A stretch of DNA of 64,000 nucleotides from Candidatus Kapaibacterium sp. (GTDB lineage: Bacteria; Bacteroidota; Ignavibacteria; Kapaibacteriales; UBA2268). Numbering within the stretch: the first letter of the stretch is position 1; every line of letters starts with the position of its first letter. Positions 9,147 through 20,053 of the stretch are shown here, one piece after another. The stretch covers positions 2,784,001 through 2,848,000 of the forward strand of contig OY762428.1 in the NCBI GenBank assembly GCA_963665665.1. The letters are read 5' to 3'. Both the position numbers and the translations under genes were made by a program. The notes under the pieces were generated by a model. It made no database searches. It worked only from the letters and a program-made list of their open reading frames with translations, and was not told the DNA's origin.

Positions 9147-11741
9147 CTATTCGATTATTAGTTTAATGTAACTAATATTGCCAGCGGCAGTTATTATAGC
9201 TAAATAAGCGCCGGAAGGTAGTTTTATTCCGGAATCTGTTTTTCCGTCCCACGAGAAATTACTTATACCGGAAGTTAAATATCCTTCAAATAATTGACAA
9301 ACAACTCGGCCTTCCAGGTCAATAATTTTAATTTCAGCCCGGGTATCCATGCTGCTATTAACAGATATTTGTGTTTTGCCGTTTGATATCGGATTTGGTG
9401 ATGCAGAAATATTAAGCGAAGGAACAATTTGTTCCTCAGCGACGCTTACTTCCGGATCAAAGAATGTTAGATTGAAATCCCAGATACCGCGCCCATAAGT
9501 TCCAAAGCGGGCAATATTCCTGTCGTCAAGATATTCAACTGTCCAGTATGTTTGGTCCGGTGCAGCCACGCCCGAAAGGTCATACCAGGTATCGGTATGT
9601 TTAATAAAAACATAAGGTCCGATAGAAGTAGCAGCAAATATCATTTCCTCATCTTCAGTCATTGCGATATCATAAACAAGAGTTGATGGCAGGCCGGTAT
9701 TCATTGCAGTGAAAGTTTCTCCACCGTCATTTGTTAACCAAACATTAGCCTGTGTATCTGAATATCCAGCTACAATTACCTTTGTTTCGCTTTCTGCTGA
9801 AACAGCAATTGAAGAACCATAAAAATAATGCCCTTCAAAGTCTTCGAAATCGTGAGATCTCATCCAGCCATCACCAGCGTTTGATGAACTGAAAAAAATT
9901 CCGTCATCCGAGACAACATAGATATAATCAGTATTATTTGGCGATATTCCAATTGAAGCAATTCTTCTGCTAATTGTATCACAAAAGTTATAATCAAATT
10001 TAGTTGCTCTGATGCCGTAATTGTTTTCATAAGACAGAAGCCATAATTTAGCGCCTTCGCTATCGCTGCCGGCTGCGCAAAGAGCCATGTTAGGCAAGCC
10101 GGGAACAGCCAGCGTGTATGGCATCCACATCCAGTTTGTTCCTTCAAAAGACCAAGCACTCGCATCCATATACGTTTCTGCATTCTGAAAATTCATTGCA
10201 AATCCGGGATAAACTGTCCATAGCGTGTGTCCTCCGTCGGAAGAAGTAATATGCCCGTAATCCCCAGTAATTGTCTGGTCGAATGAATAGACTCCGTTCT
10301 CCTCGCCATTGGAACGTTGAAATCCCTGATCCTGCGCTCCGGCATAAACGATATTTGTGTCAGATTTTGAAGACAGAACGCTGTAATACTGGCTGACATT
10401 CAATCCGTTAAGCGAGAGGTTTTTTACCGTCTGAACCTGGTCATAAGAAATGTACAGCCCGCCATCCGTGGAAATTAAAGTAATTTCCTGATTATCATGC
10501 AGGAAAACATCAACAGCAGGGATATCTGCGTGGAGCAGGTTTTCAGGATCGCCATAGTACTCGCCCCAGCCGTTCTTCCTTACCCATCTTCTTGCTCCAT
10601 CCCTTGATGTATAAAATTCTACTCCGCCAAAGTGCATTATATTTATATCTTTGGGCGACACATTGAAACTATTGTTATTAAAAGGCCCGAACTCAACATA
10701 CCACCTCGGATCCCATGTTTTACCGTCATCATCGCTTACATAGAAATAAACATATCTGTCTGTAGATGTCCTGAGGGCTGCAACAAGCCTGACAAATCCG
10801 TCCACAACAGTTCCCTTTAAAAGAATTTTTTGGATTTGATTCATATTTGATGTAGGAAGTTCTATCGATCCCTGGCTTTTCAGGTTAAAACTTCCATCGG
10901 GAGTTATGGTAAAAATACTGTCTTCATGCATAAAAAATACGGAATTATTATAGTATCTCGGAGCCCAGATATCCATACGGTCTGTATTGATATCATAATA
11001 CATTATTTTCTCGAAGGTTTCCCCACGGTTCCGGGAAATATAAACGCTTTTCCTTGCTTTCCATTCATCATAGTCCCATTCGTGAGCCAGCAGATATATT
11101 GTTTCATTGCCATCATTTGCAACTACAGCCCGTTTTACTGAGCCCCATCTTTTCAGGTTGTCAAACCCATCAGCCTCGTTCCATGTGTTTCCTTCGTCAT
11201 CAGAATAAAGGACTGTTCTGTTAGATGAAACCAGGATTCTTTTTTTGCCGTCAAATCTCATTATCCTGATCATGTTGCCTTCAAATTTCTGCCTGTCGTT
11301 CAGGCATTGCCAGTTTCTTCCCTCGATAGTACCCCGCCAAACATTCCCGCCTGCTGATATCGCATATATATAATTGCTTTCAAAATCAATATCGGCAGTC
11401 ATTATTCTTCCTGACTGATTGCTGCTGCCCCTTTCCTGCCAGAAACCTTTTATTCTTCCGTCAGCGATTATTTCTTCATTTCCCATAATTGACGGATGAT
11501 TGTTTTTCAACATTTTTATTCTTTCTTCTCTGGCTTTATTTTTCGAATAACGCTGCTCTGCTTCAAGAATTCTCCAGTCAACGCCGGGAGCTGTGCGATG
11601 CATCTGATCAATCCATTCTATTCTTCCCTGCTTAAGTTCGGGGTCATGTTCCCGTATAAGTTTATTAACTTTGTCATTAGCAAGGACTATGTTAGCCAAG
11701 GTTATCATTATTATCAAAGCTGTAATTATTGTTCTCATCAT
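9147..11741 (-). CDS. secreted BNR/Asp-box (VPS10/sialidase-like) beta-propeller protein with T9SS/FlgD-Ig-like C-terminal domain
   Basis: Signal peptide; repeated Asp-boxes (SDDEGNTW, SRNRGETF, SDDDGKTW, SRDGARRW, TNDGGETF); TYGRGIW; C-terminal SPNP...WDGKTDSG..LPSGAY...KLIIE. Confidence 0.85.
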   Translation of the reverse strand: MMRTIITALIIMITLANIVLANDKVNKLIREHDPELKQGRIEWIDQMHRTAPGVDWRILEAEQRYSKNKAREERIKMLKNNHPSIMGNEEIIADGRIKGFWQERGSSNQSGRIMTADIDFESNYIYAISAGGNVWRGTIEGRNWQCLNDRQKFEGNMIRIMRFDGKKRILVSSNRTVLYSDDEGNTWNEADGFDNLKRWGSVKRAVVANDGNETIYLLAHEWDYDEWKARKSVYISRNRGETFEKIMYYDINTDRMDIWAPRYYNNSVFFMHEDSIFTITPDGSFNLKSQGSIELPTSNMNQIQKILLKGTVVDGFVRLVAALRTSTDRYVYFYVSDDDGKTWDPRWYVEFGPFNNNSFNVSPKDINIMHFGGVEFYTSRDGARRWVRKNGWGEYYGDPENLLHADIPAVDVFLHDNQEITLISTDGGLYISYDQVQTVKNLSLNGLNVSQYYSVLSSKSDTNIVYAGAQDQGFQRSNGEENGVYSFDQTITGDYGHITSSDGGHTLWTVYPGFAMNFQNAETYMDASAWSFEGTNWMWMPYTLAVPGLPNMALCAAGSDSEGAKLWLLSYENNYGIRATKFDYNFCDTISRRIASIGISPNNTDYIYVVSDDGIFFSSSNAGDGWMRSHDFEDFEGHYFYGSSIAVSAESETKVIVAGYSDTQANVWLTNDGGETFTAMNTGLPSTLVYDIAMTEDEEMIFAATSIGPYVFIKHTDTWYDLSGVAAPDQTYWTVEYLDDRNIARFGTYGRGIWDFNLTFFDPEVSVAEEQIVPSLNISASPNPISNGKTQISVNSSMDTRAEIKIIDLEGRVVCQLFEGYLTSGISNFSWDGKTDSGIKLPSGAYLAIITAAGNISYIKLIIE

Positions 11742-11828
11742 ATGTCCTTTATTTAAGCAATTATATCTGTCATCAATTATAATAACATATCAAAATAAAT
11801 AATGTTGCGGAATAAATAAAGTGTTTTC

Positions 11829-11860
11829 AAAAAAAAAGGTGCGGATAACCGCACCTTTTT
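11829..11860 (-). terminator. rho-independent terminator downstream of the M16 peptidase gene
   Basis: aaaaaggtgcgg-ataa-ccgcaccttttt perfect stem with A/T tails. Confidence 0.8.
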
Positions 11861-11881
11861 AATCAAAATTGTTCAAGCATA

Positions 11882-14722
11882 TTAGTTCTTCATATCTTCA
11901 GGATAAAGAACAATTTTAATAATATCATTAAGTTTGATATATTTCTTAGCAGCTTTAAGAACCATTTTTGTATCGATTTTTTCAACAGCTTTCATGTAAT
12001 CTACTATGGATTCAATTTTTTCATTATTGAAATCTTTGTTGTAGATAGAGTTCAGCCAGTACCTGTTTTCTTTCTGTCCTGTTTCATATTCTCTGCCAAG
12101 GATTTCTTTGATTTTCTGAATATATTCAGCATCAACTTCTTTTTCGGTTGCTTCCTTCAGGATGCGTTTGATTTCTGTTACCAGTTCGTCAACGCGGTCG
12201 GGGTTTGTACTGAAGTATACGCTTAGTGAGTAATCTTCATTCGGGTAGTGGCTTGTACCTTCGTAAACGCCAATTCCGTAAACTCCGCCTTTTTCCTCGC
12301 GGATAGCTTCGCGAAGCTGAATTCTTAGTACTTCAACCAGTGCGTGAAGTTCCATTTTGTTTTCAGGTGTATATTTAAAGTCATCCCTCATAGTCAGGTA
12401 AACAGTACTTTTCTTTTCCTGTCCCTTGAAAACTTTTTTCTCAAGTTTGTTTTTAGGAGCTTTTACGCCAAGGTCTTTCCAGTTTTCTTTACGTCCGGTT
12501 GTCGGTAAAGTAGCAAGATATTTTTTAGCAAAATCTTTAAGCTGTTTTTCATCAATATTACCAACAAAGATGAATGTGAAGTCGCCGGCATCTGCATACC
12601 TGTTCCTGAAGAAATCATAAGCATCATCCGGGTCAACATTTTCCAGCATATCGGCTGTAAGCGGCCTTTCGCGTTTATGATAGTTGGACATAGTAACGCG
12701 GATTGTATCACGAAGAGCATTCTGGGGATCTTTATCCCTGTTTTTCAGAGCGTCTTTCTGCTTTGAAATAAAGCTGTCGAATGCATCATAGTCAAGCCTT
12801 GGGTTTGTGAAATACAGGTGTACAAGCTGCATCAGGATTTCGAAATCCTTAGGAGCTGCCATACCCCTGAAACCTTCAGTAAGTTCACCAATTGACGGTG
12901 CAATGCTGACAAGTTTGCCTGTAAGCATTTTCTGAAGTTCAATATCAGTGAAGTCTGCGATACCTGCATTATTCAGAATAGCATCTGCAAATTCAGCTGA
13001 CAGATAAATATCATCAGTAGCATTTGAGTATCCGCCCGGGCTGTATGCGCGAACAAGTATCTCGTCATTTTTAAAATCTGTTGTTTTGTAAATAACCCTT
13101 ACACCGTTGGAAAGAGTAAATTCTTTTACGTCGGCTTTGTCATATTTTTTCTCTGAAGTGATAGTGCCGGGAGTAAGTTCTTTATCAAAGAGAGGTTTGT
13201 CGGATACTTTATCAACATAAGGTTCAAGCTTCATAGCTTTAACTTCGTCGATTTTTGCAAGAATTTCATCTTCTTTAGGAACAACAATACCTTCAGCTTC
13301 GGGTGCGCTGACAGCTACAACAACACCTTCATCTTTGATATAAGACTTCATTACTTTATTAACTTCATCAATTGTTATTTCCGGAAGGAATTTTTTATAA
13401 AGGGCAACTTCATAAGCTATACCGGGCATACCTTCATCTTCGATAAAGTTGCGTCCGCATTCCATGGCATAAGCTTTTGATTCAGTTTTATCTTTTTCTT
13501 TAAGAGCGCTTTCCATATTGGTCAGCATTGCTTCTTTTGTTCTGTCAAGTTCAGTTTTGGTAAATCCGTGCTGATAGGCTCTGTAGGCCTCTTTAAGTGC
13601 TGCTTCGAAACCGTTAATAATACCGTTTCCTTCAGCTTTAGGAATTGATACAAGCGAGAATGATGCAATATCGCCAAGGAAGTTGCCAAATCCGCCGCCG
13701 GCAGCCAGGAATGGTGGTTCTTTTGATTGTGAAAGTTCCTGCATTCTCATGCTGAGCATCTGGCCGATTATCCTGTGAACAATGTTATCCCTGTATGTTC
13801 TGTATGTTCCTTCATCCATTCCCGGGTGCTTTATGTACATCTGAACCTGGGCCATTGGAAGTTCTTTATCTGTTGCAATAGAAACTATTCTTTCTTTGTG
13901 GATCGGAATTTTATATTCCTTGCGTTCTTTTGCATTTGCCGGGTTTTTCAGTTTTGAAAAACGTTCTTTGATAATTTTTTCGATTTTCTTTCCGTCAAAA
14001 TCACCAACTGCAATAACAGCTGTCAGGTTCGGGCGGTAAAAGTTAGTGTAAAGGTCCATAAATCTTTCACGTGGAGCATGAAGAATAACGGCAGTATCAC
14101 CAATAGGAAGGCGATCGGCATATTTTGAACCCTTAAGGAGGTTCGGGAAGTGTGTTTTCATTACTCGCTGGTTGGCTCCGCGATAAACTCTCCATTCTTC
14201 CATAATAACGCCGCGTTCTTTTTCAATTTCTTCCGGGTCGAAAGAAACATTAGAAGCCCAGTCTTCCAGCACCTGGAAACCGTTTTCGAGCATACCTGCT
14301 GAATCCAGTGGTATAGTAAGCATATAATAAGTACGGTCGAAACCTGTATTGGCGTTTACATCTGCGCCAAATCTCATACCTGTTTTTTCAAGGAAGCTAA
14401 CAAGCTCTGCTTTGGGGAAGTTTTTTGTTCCGTTAAAGCACATGTGCTCGGAAAAGTGTGCCAATCCTGCCTGGTCATCTTCCTCGAGAACTGAACCGCA
14501 CATGAATACTATCTGTAATTCTGCCCTGTTGGCAGGTTTATGGTTTTCCATAATGTAATATTTCAAACCGTTATCCAAAGTGCCGTGTTTTACTTCCGGG
14601 TTCATAGGAAGTTTATCATCAAGGCTGCTGTACTTAACTTCAGGCAATTTTACATCATCAGCAATCGCGTTAAAGCTGAAGAGTACTATTGCCATTAAGA
14701 AGATTGATAGGAACTTTTTCAT
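11882..14722 (-). CDS. M16 family zinc protease (PqqL-like)
   Basis: Signal peptide, inverted zincin motif HFSEH (HxxEH) in GLAHFSEHMCFNGTKNFP, LDNGL/LSNGV domain starts, IREEKGGVY. Confidence 0.92.
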   Translation of the reverse strand: MKKFLSIFLMAIVLFSFNAIADDVKLPEVKYSSLDDKLPMNPEVKHGTLDNGLKYYIMENHKPANRAELQIVFMCGSVLEEDDQAGLAHFSEHMCFNGTKNFPKAELVSFLEKTGMRFGADVNANTGFDRTYYMLTIPLDSAGMLENGFQVLEDWASNVSFDPEEIEKERGVIMEEWRVYRGANQRVMKTHFPNLLKGSKYADRLPIGDTAVILHAPRERFMDLYTNFYRPNLTAVIAVGDFDGKKIEKIIKERFSKLKNPANAKERKEYKIPIHKERIVSIATDKELPMAQVQMYIKHPGMDEGTYRTYRDNIVHRIIGQMLSMRMQELSQSKEPPFLAAGGGFGNFLGDIASFSLVSIPKAEGNGIINGFEAALKEAYRAYQHGFTKTELDRTKEAMLTNMESALKEKDKTESKAYAMECGRNFIEDEGMPGIAYEVALYKKFLPEITIDEVNKVMKSYIKDEGVVVAVSAPEAEGIVVPKEDEILAKIDEVKAMKLEPYVDKVSDKPLFDKELTPGTITSEKKYDKADVKEFTLSNGVRVIYKTTDFKNDEILVRAYSPGGYSNATDDIYLSAEFADAILNNAGIADFTDIELQKMLTGKLVSIAPSIGELTEGFRGMAAPKDFEILMQLVHLYFTNPRLDYDAFDSFISKQKDALKNRDKDPQNALRDTIRVTMSNYHKRERPLTADMLENVDPDDAYDFFRNRYADAGDFTFIFVGNIDEKQLKDFAKKYLATLPTTGRKENWKDLGVKAPKNKLEKKVFKGQEKKSTVYLTMRDDFKYTPENKMELHALVEVLRIQLREAIREEKGGVYGIGVYEGTSHYPNEDYSLSVYFSTNPDRVDELVTEIKRILKEATEKEVDAEYIQKIKEILGREYETGQKENRYWLNSIYNKDFNNEKIESIVDYMKAVEKIDTKMVLKAAKKYIKLNDIIKIVLYPEDMKN

Positions 14723-15131
14723 GATAATCCTTATAAATTATTGTGATAATAATGTTTACGTCAATATATCCAATATTGTCAATTTATTCTCAATACAAGA
14801 ACATTCAAATTAAAAAATTATTCTTAAAGTTAAAACTGCAAATGCAGTAATATTCAATTTTCGGAGTGTAATGAATTTGCGGCTTTTGGCCAATACAACG
14901 ATTCTCGTTTTCAAATCCCGGCTTTATATACTCCAATTGTAATATACGTTCATGAGGAAAAAAAGTTTCGTAAAATATTCGCCAAAACTAAAAAAAAATT
15001 TATGCTGAAGGATTGTGTAACTCCGGCGTGCCTGTGTCGTATTAAAAAACGAAAGGGCTTTAATATTAGAATTATTCACAATTGCTTAATATATTTGTAA
15101 TTAGTTGTTATATATTAATTTTGGAGACACC

Positions 15132-17087
15132 ATGATCAAAGTTTTTAACAAGTTCACTATTTTTATTATTCTTATAGTAATTTCTGTTGGTGCGGTTTCT
15201 GCCCAGGGCCCCGGTTCATACAATGAAACAATTCAATTCAACGGCGAGGACAGAACAATATCAATGTATGTACCACTGGATTATGATTTTAACGAAGAAT
15301 ATGGCCTTATGGTATGTCTGCACGGTTTGGGAGACAATAGTTCCAATTTCAGAAACGCAATTGTAACTTACCTGAAATGGGACAGTTTTATGCCGAATAT
15401 GATATTTGCCTGCCCGGATGGCGGCAGCGATGAAGGAGGGGACTTTTACGAACCTGCCGGAGATGAGGAAATAATCCAAAGAACAATTGATCTTGTAAAA
15501 AGCAGGTACAATATTGACGAGGACAAAATTATTCTTGAAGGTTTTTCTCTTGGCGGAAGAAGCGCCCTGAAATACGGGCTTGAAAACCCGGAAAAATTTA
15601 TGGGTATGATGTTGAACACACCTGCCGTTCAGGGTGCATGGGATGCTATGAATGTTGATGATTACAGTATACAGTTTAAATATGAAAATGCCAATAAAAT
15701 TCCAATAACATTTTCTTATGGGGAGAATGACCTGATTTATACTAACGCAATTCAGCTTGCTATCGACAGCCTGAATAAATACGACGGGATTATATATGAT
15801 GAGCTTGTTCCTGATATGGGCCATACAATTGCAAACCAGCCATATATCGAGAAATATTACGAGTTTATTAATAATCCTTCCCCGCAGGAATATGATGCTG
15901 AAGTGCATTCCATTAATATTCCGGACCCGATGGCTTCTGTTGATTTTAATCCTTCGGTTACTTTCAGGAATCTTGGCAGGAAAAAGATTGATACTATCCA
16001 TTATACTTGCGAGTATAACGGGAACCAGCAAGCTTTTATCAGTTACGTGGAACTGGATACATGGAAAAAAATTGAGCTTAAATTACCCCAATACAGCATA
16101 ACTGCCCCGGAAAATGAAATTGAGATAGCAATAACCGGAATCAGATTAGATTCAACTGAAGAAATTCCGGACGGAATAATTGATGACGGCAATAATTTTA
16201 ACAATGAAATAGTCCTCAATTTCTATTATCCACTGGATGGATTTCAAACACCTGACCTTCAGGATTTCGAAACGGAGAATCCCGTGAATGATTTCTGGTC
16301 GACTAAGAAATCAGGTAATATATTTAACTGGTTTGTTGATCCGGGTGTTTCCAGGAGCGGAGAAAAATCTATGTTCTCGTTCAATACTCCCCAGCTTTTC
16401 CCCGGCGAAGGAATGAGAGAATCGATTATTTCCCCGAGATATAATATTAAAAATCTTAGCGAACCTGAGCTCTCATTTGATGTGGCTTTCAATTATCAAA
16501 AATATACACCTCCGTACTCAACCGAAGATATTACATTTTCCGATACTCTTGAAGTATTAGTTTCTACCGACCGGGGCATTACATTCCGTCCGGTCTATAG
16601 AAAAGCAGGAGCAGAACTTGCCACGGCAGATGAACCAATACTAAACCCTGTTAATAACATAAGTGACGGTTTCTTTATTCCGGAAAGTAATCAGTGGAGG
16701 CGCGACAGGATCGATCTTTCGCAATTTAAGAGCTTTGATCAGATAGTGGTAAAATTTGATTATATCTGCGGCCTTGGCGGTTCAATAAATATCGACGATA
16801 TTGCCATTGCCGAGAAAGGCTTTACTGATGTGCCTGATCTGTCTCCCACCGGGAAAATCTCTGTAAGACCTAATCCTGCTGACAACATAGCCATTATCAG
16901 CACTGCGGGTGGTTTCAATTATAATGATATAACAATTTATGATGCTCTTGGAAATATAGTTGAAATTGTTAATAATCCCAATAGCTTTGTTGAACTAAAT
17001 GTCAGCAACTACGCACCGGGAATGTATTTCATACATATCAGGGAACAAAACGAAGTAATAGTTCAAAAGCTGGTTATCAGGAGGTAA
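15132..17087 (+). CDS. secreted esterase / alpha-beta hydrolase with T9SS C-terminal domain
   Basis: ATG 15132 after GGAGA RBS; LHGLG, GFSLGG nucleophile elbow, DMGH; C-terminal RPNPA...YAPGMYF...QKLVIRR. Confidence 0.82.
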   Translation: MIKVFNKFTIFIILIVISVGAVSAQGPGSYNETIQFNGEDRTISMYVPLDYDFNEEYGLMVCLHGLGDNSSNFRNAIVTYLKWDSFMPNMIFACPDGGSDEGGDFYEPAGDEEIIQRTIDLVKSRYNIDEDKIILEGFSLGGRSALKYGLENPEKFMGMMLNTPAVQGAWDAMNVDDYSIQFKYENANKIPITFSYGENDLIYTNAIQLAIDSLNKYDGIIYDELVPDMGHTIANQPYIEKYYEFINNPSPQEYDAEVHSINIPDPMASVDFNPSVTFRNLGRKKIDTIHYTCEYNGNQQAFISYVELDTWKKIELKLPQYSITAPENEIEIAITGIRLDSTEEIPDGIIDDGNNFNNEIVLNFYYPLDGFQTPDLQDFETENPVNDFWSTKKSGNIFNWFVDPGVSRSGEKSMFSFNTPQLFPGEGMRESIISPRYNIKNLSEPELSFDVAFNYQKYTPPYSTEDITFSDTLEVLVSTDRGITFRPVYRKAGAELATADEPILNPVNNISDGFFIPESNQWRRDRIDLSQFKSFDQIVVKFDYICGLGGSINIDDIAIAEKGFTDVPDLSPTGKISVRPNPADNIAIISTAGGFNYNDITIYDALGNIVEIVNNPNSFVELNVSNYAPGMYFIHIREQNEVIVQKLVIRR

Positions 17088-17137
17088 GGATTCCGGTTAG
17101 TACTGTAATTTATGCATCTTCAGTTTAAGATAATAAA

Positions 17138-17169
17138 ACCTTCCGAAGGACCCGAAAACTTCGGAAGGT
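17138..17169. terminator. hairpin (terminator or REP-like palindrome)
   Basis: accttccgaag...cttcggaaggt, 11-bp stem ~50 nt after the stop codon. Confidence 0.55.
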
Positions 17170-17475
17170 AAACTAATTTTATTTGAATATCCGGGCCCAG
17201 AAAACAAATAAAAATAAGGTATGATTTTACTGTAAATTAGAAATTTTAAAATTTTTGGACCGGTCAGACATGATAATATTATAATGTTCAGATCTATTGA
17301 TATGGTAAAATTATTGATAAATATGACATATTAATATATAGAGTTGATCAAATAATTTATTGTTTTTTAGTTTATGGGTTAGGAGTTATTACTTAAAAAA
17401 TTAAAAAATTCTTGTTTTATTCATCCAAAGCAGATAATTTTTGTTTTTCGATTTATGCAATTTTATGGAGTTATC

Positions 17476-19557
17476 ATGCTTAAATATTTCACAGTCCTGG
17501 CAGCGGGAATAATCCTTCTTTTCTCGTGCGAGAAAATTCAACAACAGGGGGGAAGCGATTCCGCAGAGGATAATAATTCGGAGGCCGCAACAATGCTTAC
17601 TATCGATAATACAACTGCTGATAATGTAATTAATAAATTGATCGGTAAATACGGTGAAAACAAACGCTTCAGGATAGAAAGAGGCGTTAGGCAGTGTGCT
17701 TCACTTTGGCGCGATACTGACGGAAATGCAGAAGAATTTGCAGGTTTCTGCGAGAAGAACTTTATTGCTGATGAAAAAGAACTCGATATTTTCTTTGATA
17801 AAATTCAGACAAATTATGAGATTATCCAGGGCTATCTCGGGAAAATGAACCTTGAGCTGAACCAGCCTGTTCAGCTTACCGGTTATGAACTCAGGGATAT
17901 TGACCTTATGTTCGGCGCCTGGAATCCATGGGCACATCTTGAAGATGATTTCTATGCAAATAAAATTGCCTTTGCCATAGCTCTGAATTTCCCTCATTAT
18001 TCATTATCGGAGAAAATGCAGGAAGCACCGGAGTGGTCACGAAAAGACTGGGCTTATGCCCGTGCCGGCGACCTGTTCACATCAAGAGTTCCCGCTGAAG
18101 CACAGCAGAGACTTTCCCGGGTAATGGCCGATGCCGATCATTATATTAGCAATTATAATATTCATGTAGGCTATCTTGTTGATGATGCAGGAAATACATT
18201 TTTCCCGAAAGACAAGAAGCTTATTACCCATTGGAACCTCCGTGATGAGCTTAAATCCCAGTATGCCGAATCTGACGGCCTTGAAAAACAGAAAATGATA
18301 TATGAAGTAATGAAACATATCATCAATCAGACAATTCCTGAAAAAGTAATTGACAGTGATGAATACACCTGGAATCCATACACCAACGAAGTTAAAGAGA
18401 ACGGCAAAGTTGTCGGCTCCGATCCGGAACCCAATACGCGTTACCTCCAACTGCTTAATAATTTCCATGCCTGCCGCGAGATTGATAAATACAATCCGGC
18501 AATGCCGACTTATATCCAGAGGAAATTTGACGGTGAAATGGAAATACCGGTTGATGAAGTGGAAGAACTTTTTATAAGAATACTATCTTCACCGGCCGTT
18601 CAGGAAGTTGGCGAACTAATCAAAAAACGCCTTGGGCGCGACCTTCAGCCATTCGATATTTGGTACGATGGTTTCAAGGCCCGTTCTTCCATATCAGAAT
18701 CGGAATTAAGCGCAAAAACAAAAGCCAAATACCCCAACCCGGAAGCATTGAAAAAAGACCTTCCGGAAATCCTGAAAAAACTTGGTTTTGTACCATCAAG
18801 GGCTGATTACATTGCTTCAAAAATTGTTGTTGATCCGTCAAGGGGAGCAGGCCACGCTTCCGGTGCTTCAATGAAAAGGGATGTTTCCCACCTGCGCACC
18901 AGGATTGGCGAAGACGGAATGGATTACAAAGGATATAATATAGCAGTGCACGAATTTGGGCACAATGTGGAACAGACTCTCTCGATGCAGGATGTAGATA
19001 ATTTCTTCATGAGCGGTGTGCCGAACACGGCTTTTACCGAAGCATGGGCTTTCATCTTCCAGAAAAGAGACCTTGAACTTCTTGGCATGAAGGAAACCAA
19101 CCCTGATAAAAAATATCTTGATATACTGGATAATTTCTGGGGTGCATACGAGATAATGGGTGTATCTCTGGTTGATATCCGCGTGTGGAAATGGCTGTAT
19201 GAAAATCCTGATGCAACAGTTGATGAGCTGAAGGAATCAGTTATAAGGATTGCAAAGGATGTATGGAATGAATTCTATGCCCCGGTATTTGGCATTGAAG
19301 ACCAGCCTGTACTAGCTGTTTATTCGCACATGATAGAAATTCCTCTTTACCTGTCGGCATACCCTATTGGCAACCTTATTGAATTCCAGGTTGAAAAATG
19401 GGTTGAAGGAAAGAACCTTGCAGATGAAATGCAGCGCATCCTTGTTCAGGGAAGGGTACTTCCGCAGGTATGGATGCAAAATGCAGTTGGCGAGCCGCTA
19501 TCGGCTGAACCAATTATTGAAGCTGCAAGCCAGGCGGCACAGCATTTGAATAAATAG
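17476..19557 (+). CDS. lipoprotein, putative gluzincin (M3/M32-like) metallopeptidase
   Basis: ATG 17476 after GGAG; lipobox LLFSC; HEFGH (HExxH) with downstream FTEAWA as a candidate third ligand. Confidence 0.65.
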   Translation: MLKYFTVLAAGIILLFSCEKIQQQGGSDSAEDNNSEAATMLTIDNTTADNVINKLIGKYGENKRFRIERGVRQCASLWRDTDGNAEEFAGFCEKNFIADEKELDIFFDKIQTNYEIIQGYLGKMNLELNQPVQLTGYELRDIDLMFGAWNPWAHLEDDFYANKIAFAIALNFPHYSLSEKMQEAPEWSRKDWAYARAGDLFTSRVPAEAQQRLSRVMADADHYISNYNIHVGYLVDDAGNTFFPKDKKLITHWNLRDELKSQYAESDGLEKQKMIYEVMKHIINQTIPEKVIDSDEYTWNPYTNEVKENGKVVGSDPEPNTRYLQLLNNFHACREIDKYNPAMPTYIQRKFDGEMEIPVDEVEELFIRILSSPAVQEVGELIKKRLGRDLQPFDIWYDGFKARSSISESELSAKTKAKYPNPEALKKDLPEILKKLGFVPSRADYIASKIVVDPSRGAGHASGASMKRDVSHLRTRIGEDGMDYKGYNIAVHEFGHNVEQTLSMQDVDNFFMSGVPNTAFTEAWAFIFQKRDLELLGMKETNPDKKYLDILDNFWGAYEIMGVSLVDIRVWKWLYENPDATVDELKESVIRIAKDVWNEFYAPVFGIEDQPVLAVYSHMIEIPLYLSAYPIGNLIEFQVEKWVEGKNLADEMQRILVQGRVLPQVWMQNAVGEPLSAEPIIEAASQAAQHLNK

Positions 19558-19626
19558 TTAAGCTGTACTGGCAAACGAGGGATAATTACCTTTGATAAAG
19601 CCCGGCGAAAATTCCATTCTTTATCC

Positions 19627-19657
19627 ACCTTCCCGGGTTACGCCCGGGAAGGTTTTC
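19627..19657 (+). terminator. rho-independent terminator
   Basis: accttcccggg-ttacg-cccgggaaggt followed by T run. Confidence 0.7.
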
Positions 19658-19743
19658 TGTTTAAAAAGCAATCATTTTTCCCCGTCAGCGTATACCTGAT
19701 GTTTTTATAGGGCTTTCTAATTATGACATCACATTCCTGCCCT

Positions 19744-19842
19744 CGTCAAAATCAATATCCACGTGCTTTAGCTCGTGGATAAAAATACAATGTCCCAACC
19801 AAAAAATGTCATTCTGAAGGAGCTTGCGACTGAAAAATCCAT
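19744..19842. repeat. two adjacent REP-like palindromes (CCACG-TGCTTTAGCT-CGTGG family and TGTCATTCTGA...AATCCAT family)
   Basis: The first recurs at ~22875 and ~57840 (reverse); the second recurs at 24114, 29505, 39784, 53465 and 57889. Confidence 0.75.
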
Positions 19843-20053
19843 ATTCCTAACCCTCCTGCCCGATAACTTAACCCACAGCAACAGCAACGATACAGGAACA
19901 AGAAACATTTGCGGGAATAATAAAGATTGATTAAGTTCCGGTAATCAATAACAATGCGAAAAAGTTTGAGACCAAATTGAATTTGATATGTTACTATGAA
20001 TACAAAAACTACCCCTTATGGTAGTAATGTAAAAACAATTATGGGGCTTTACC

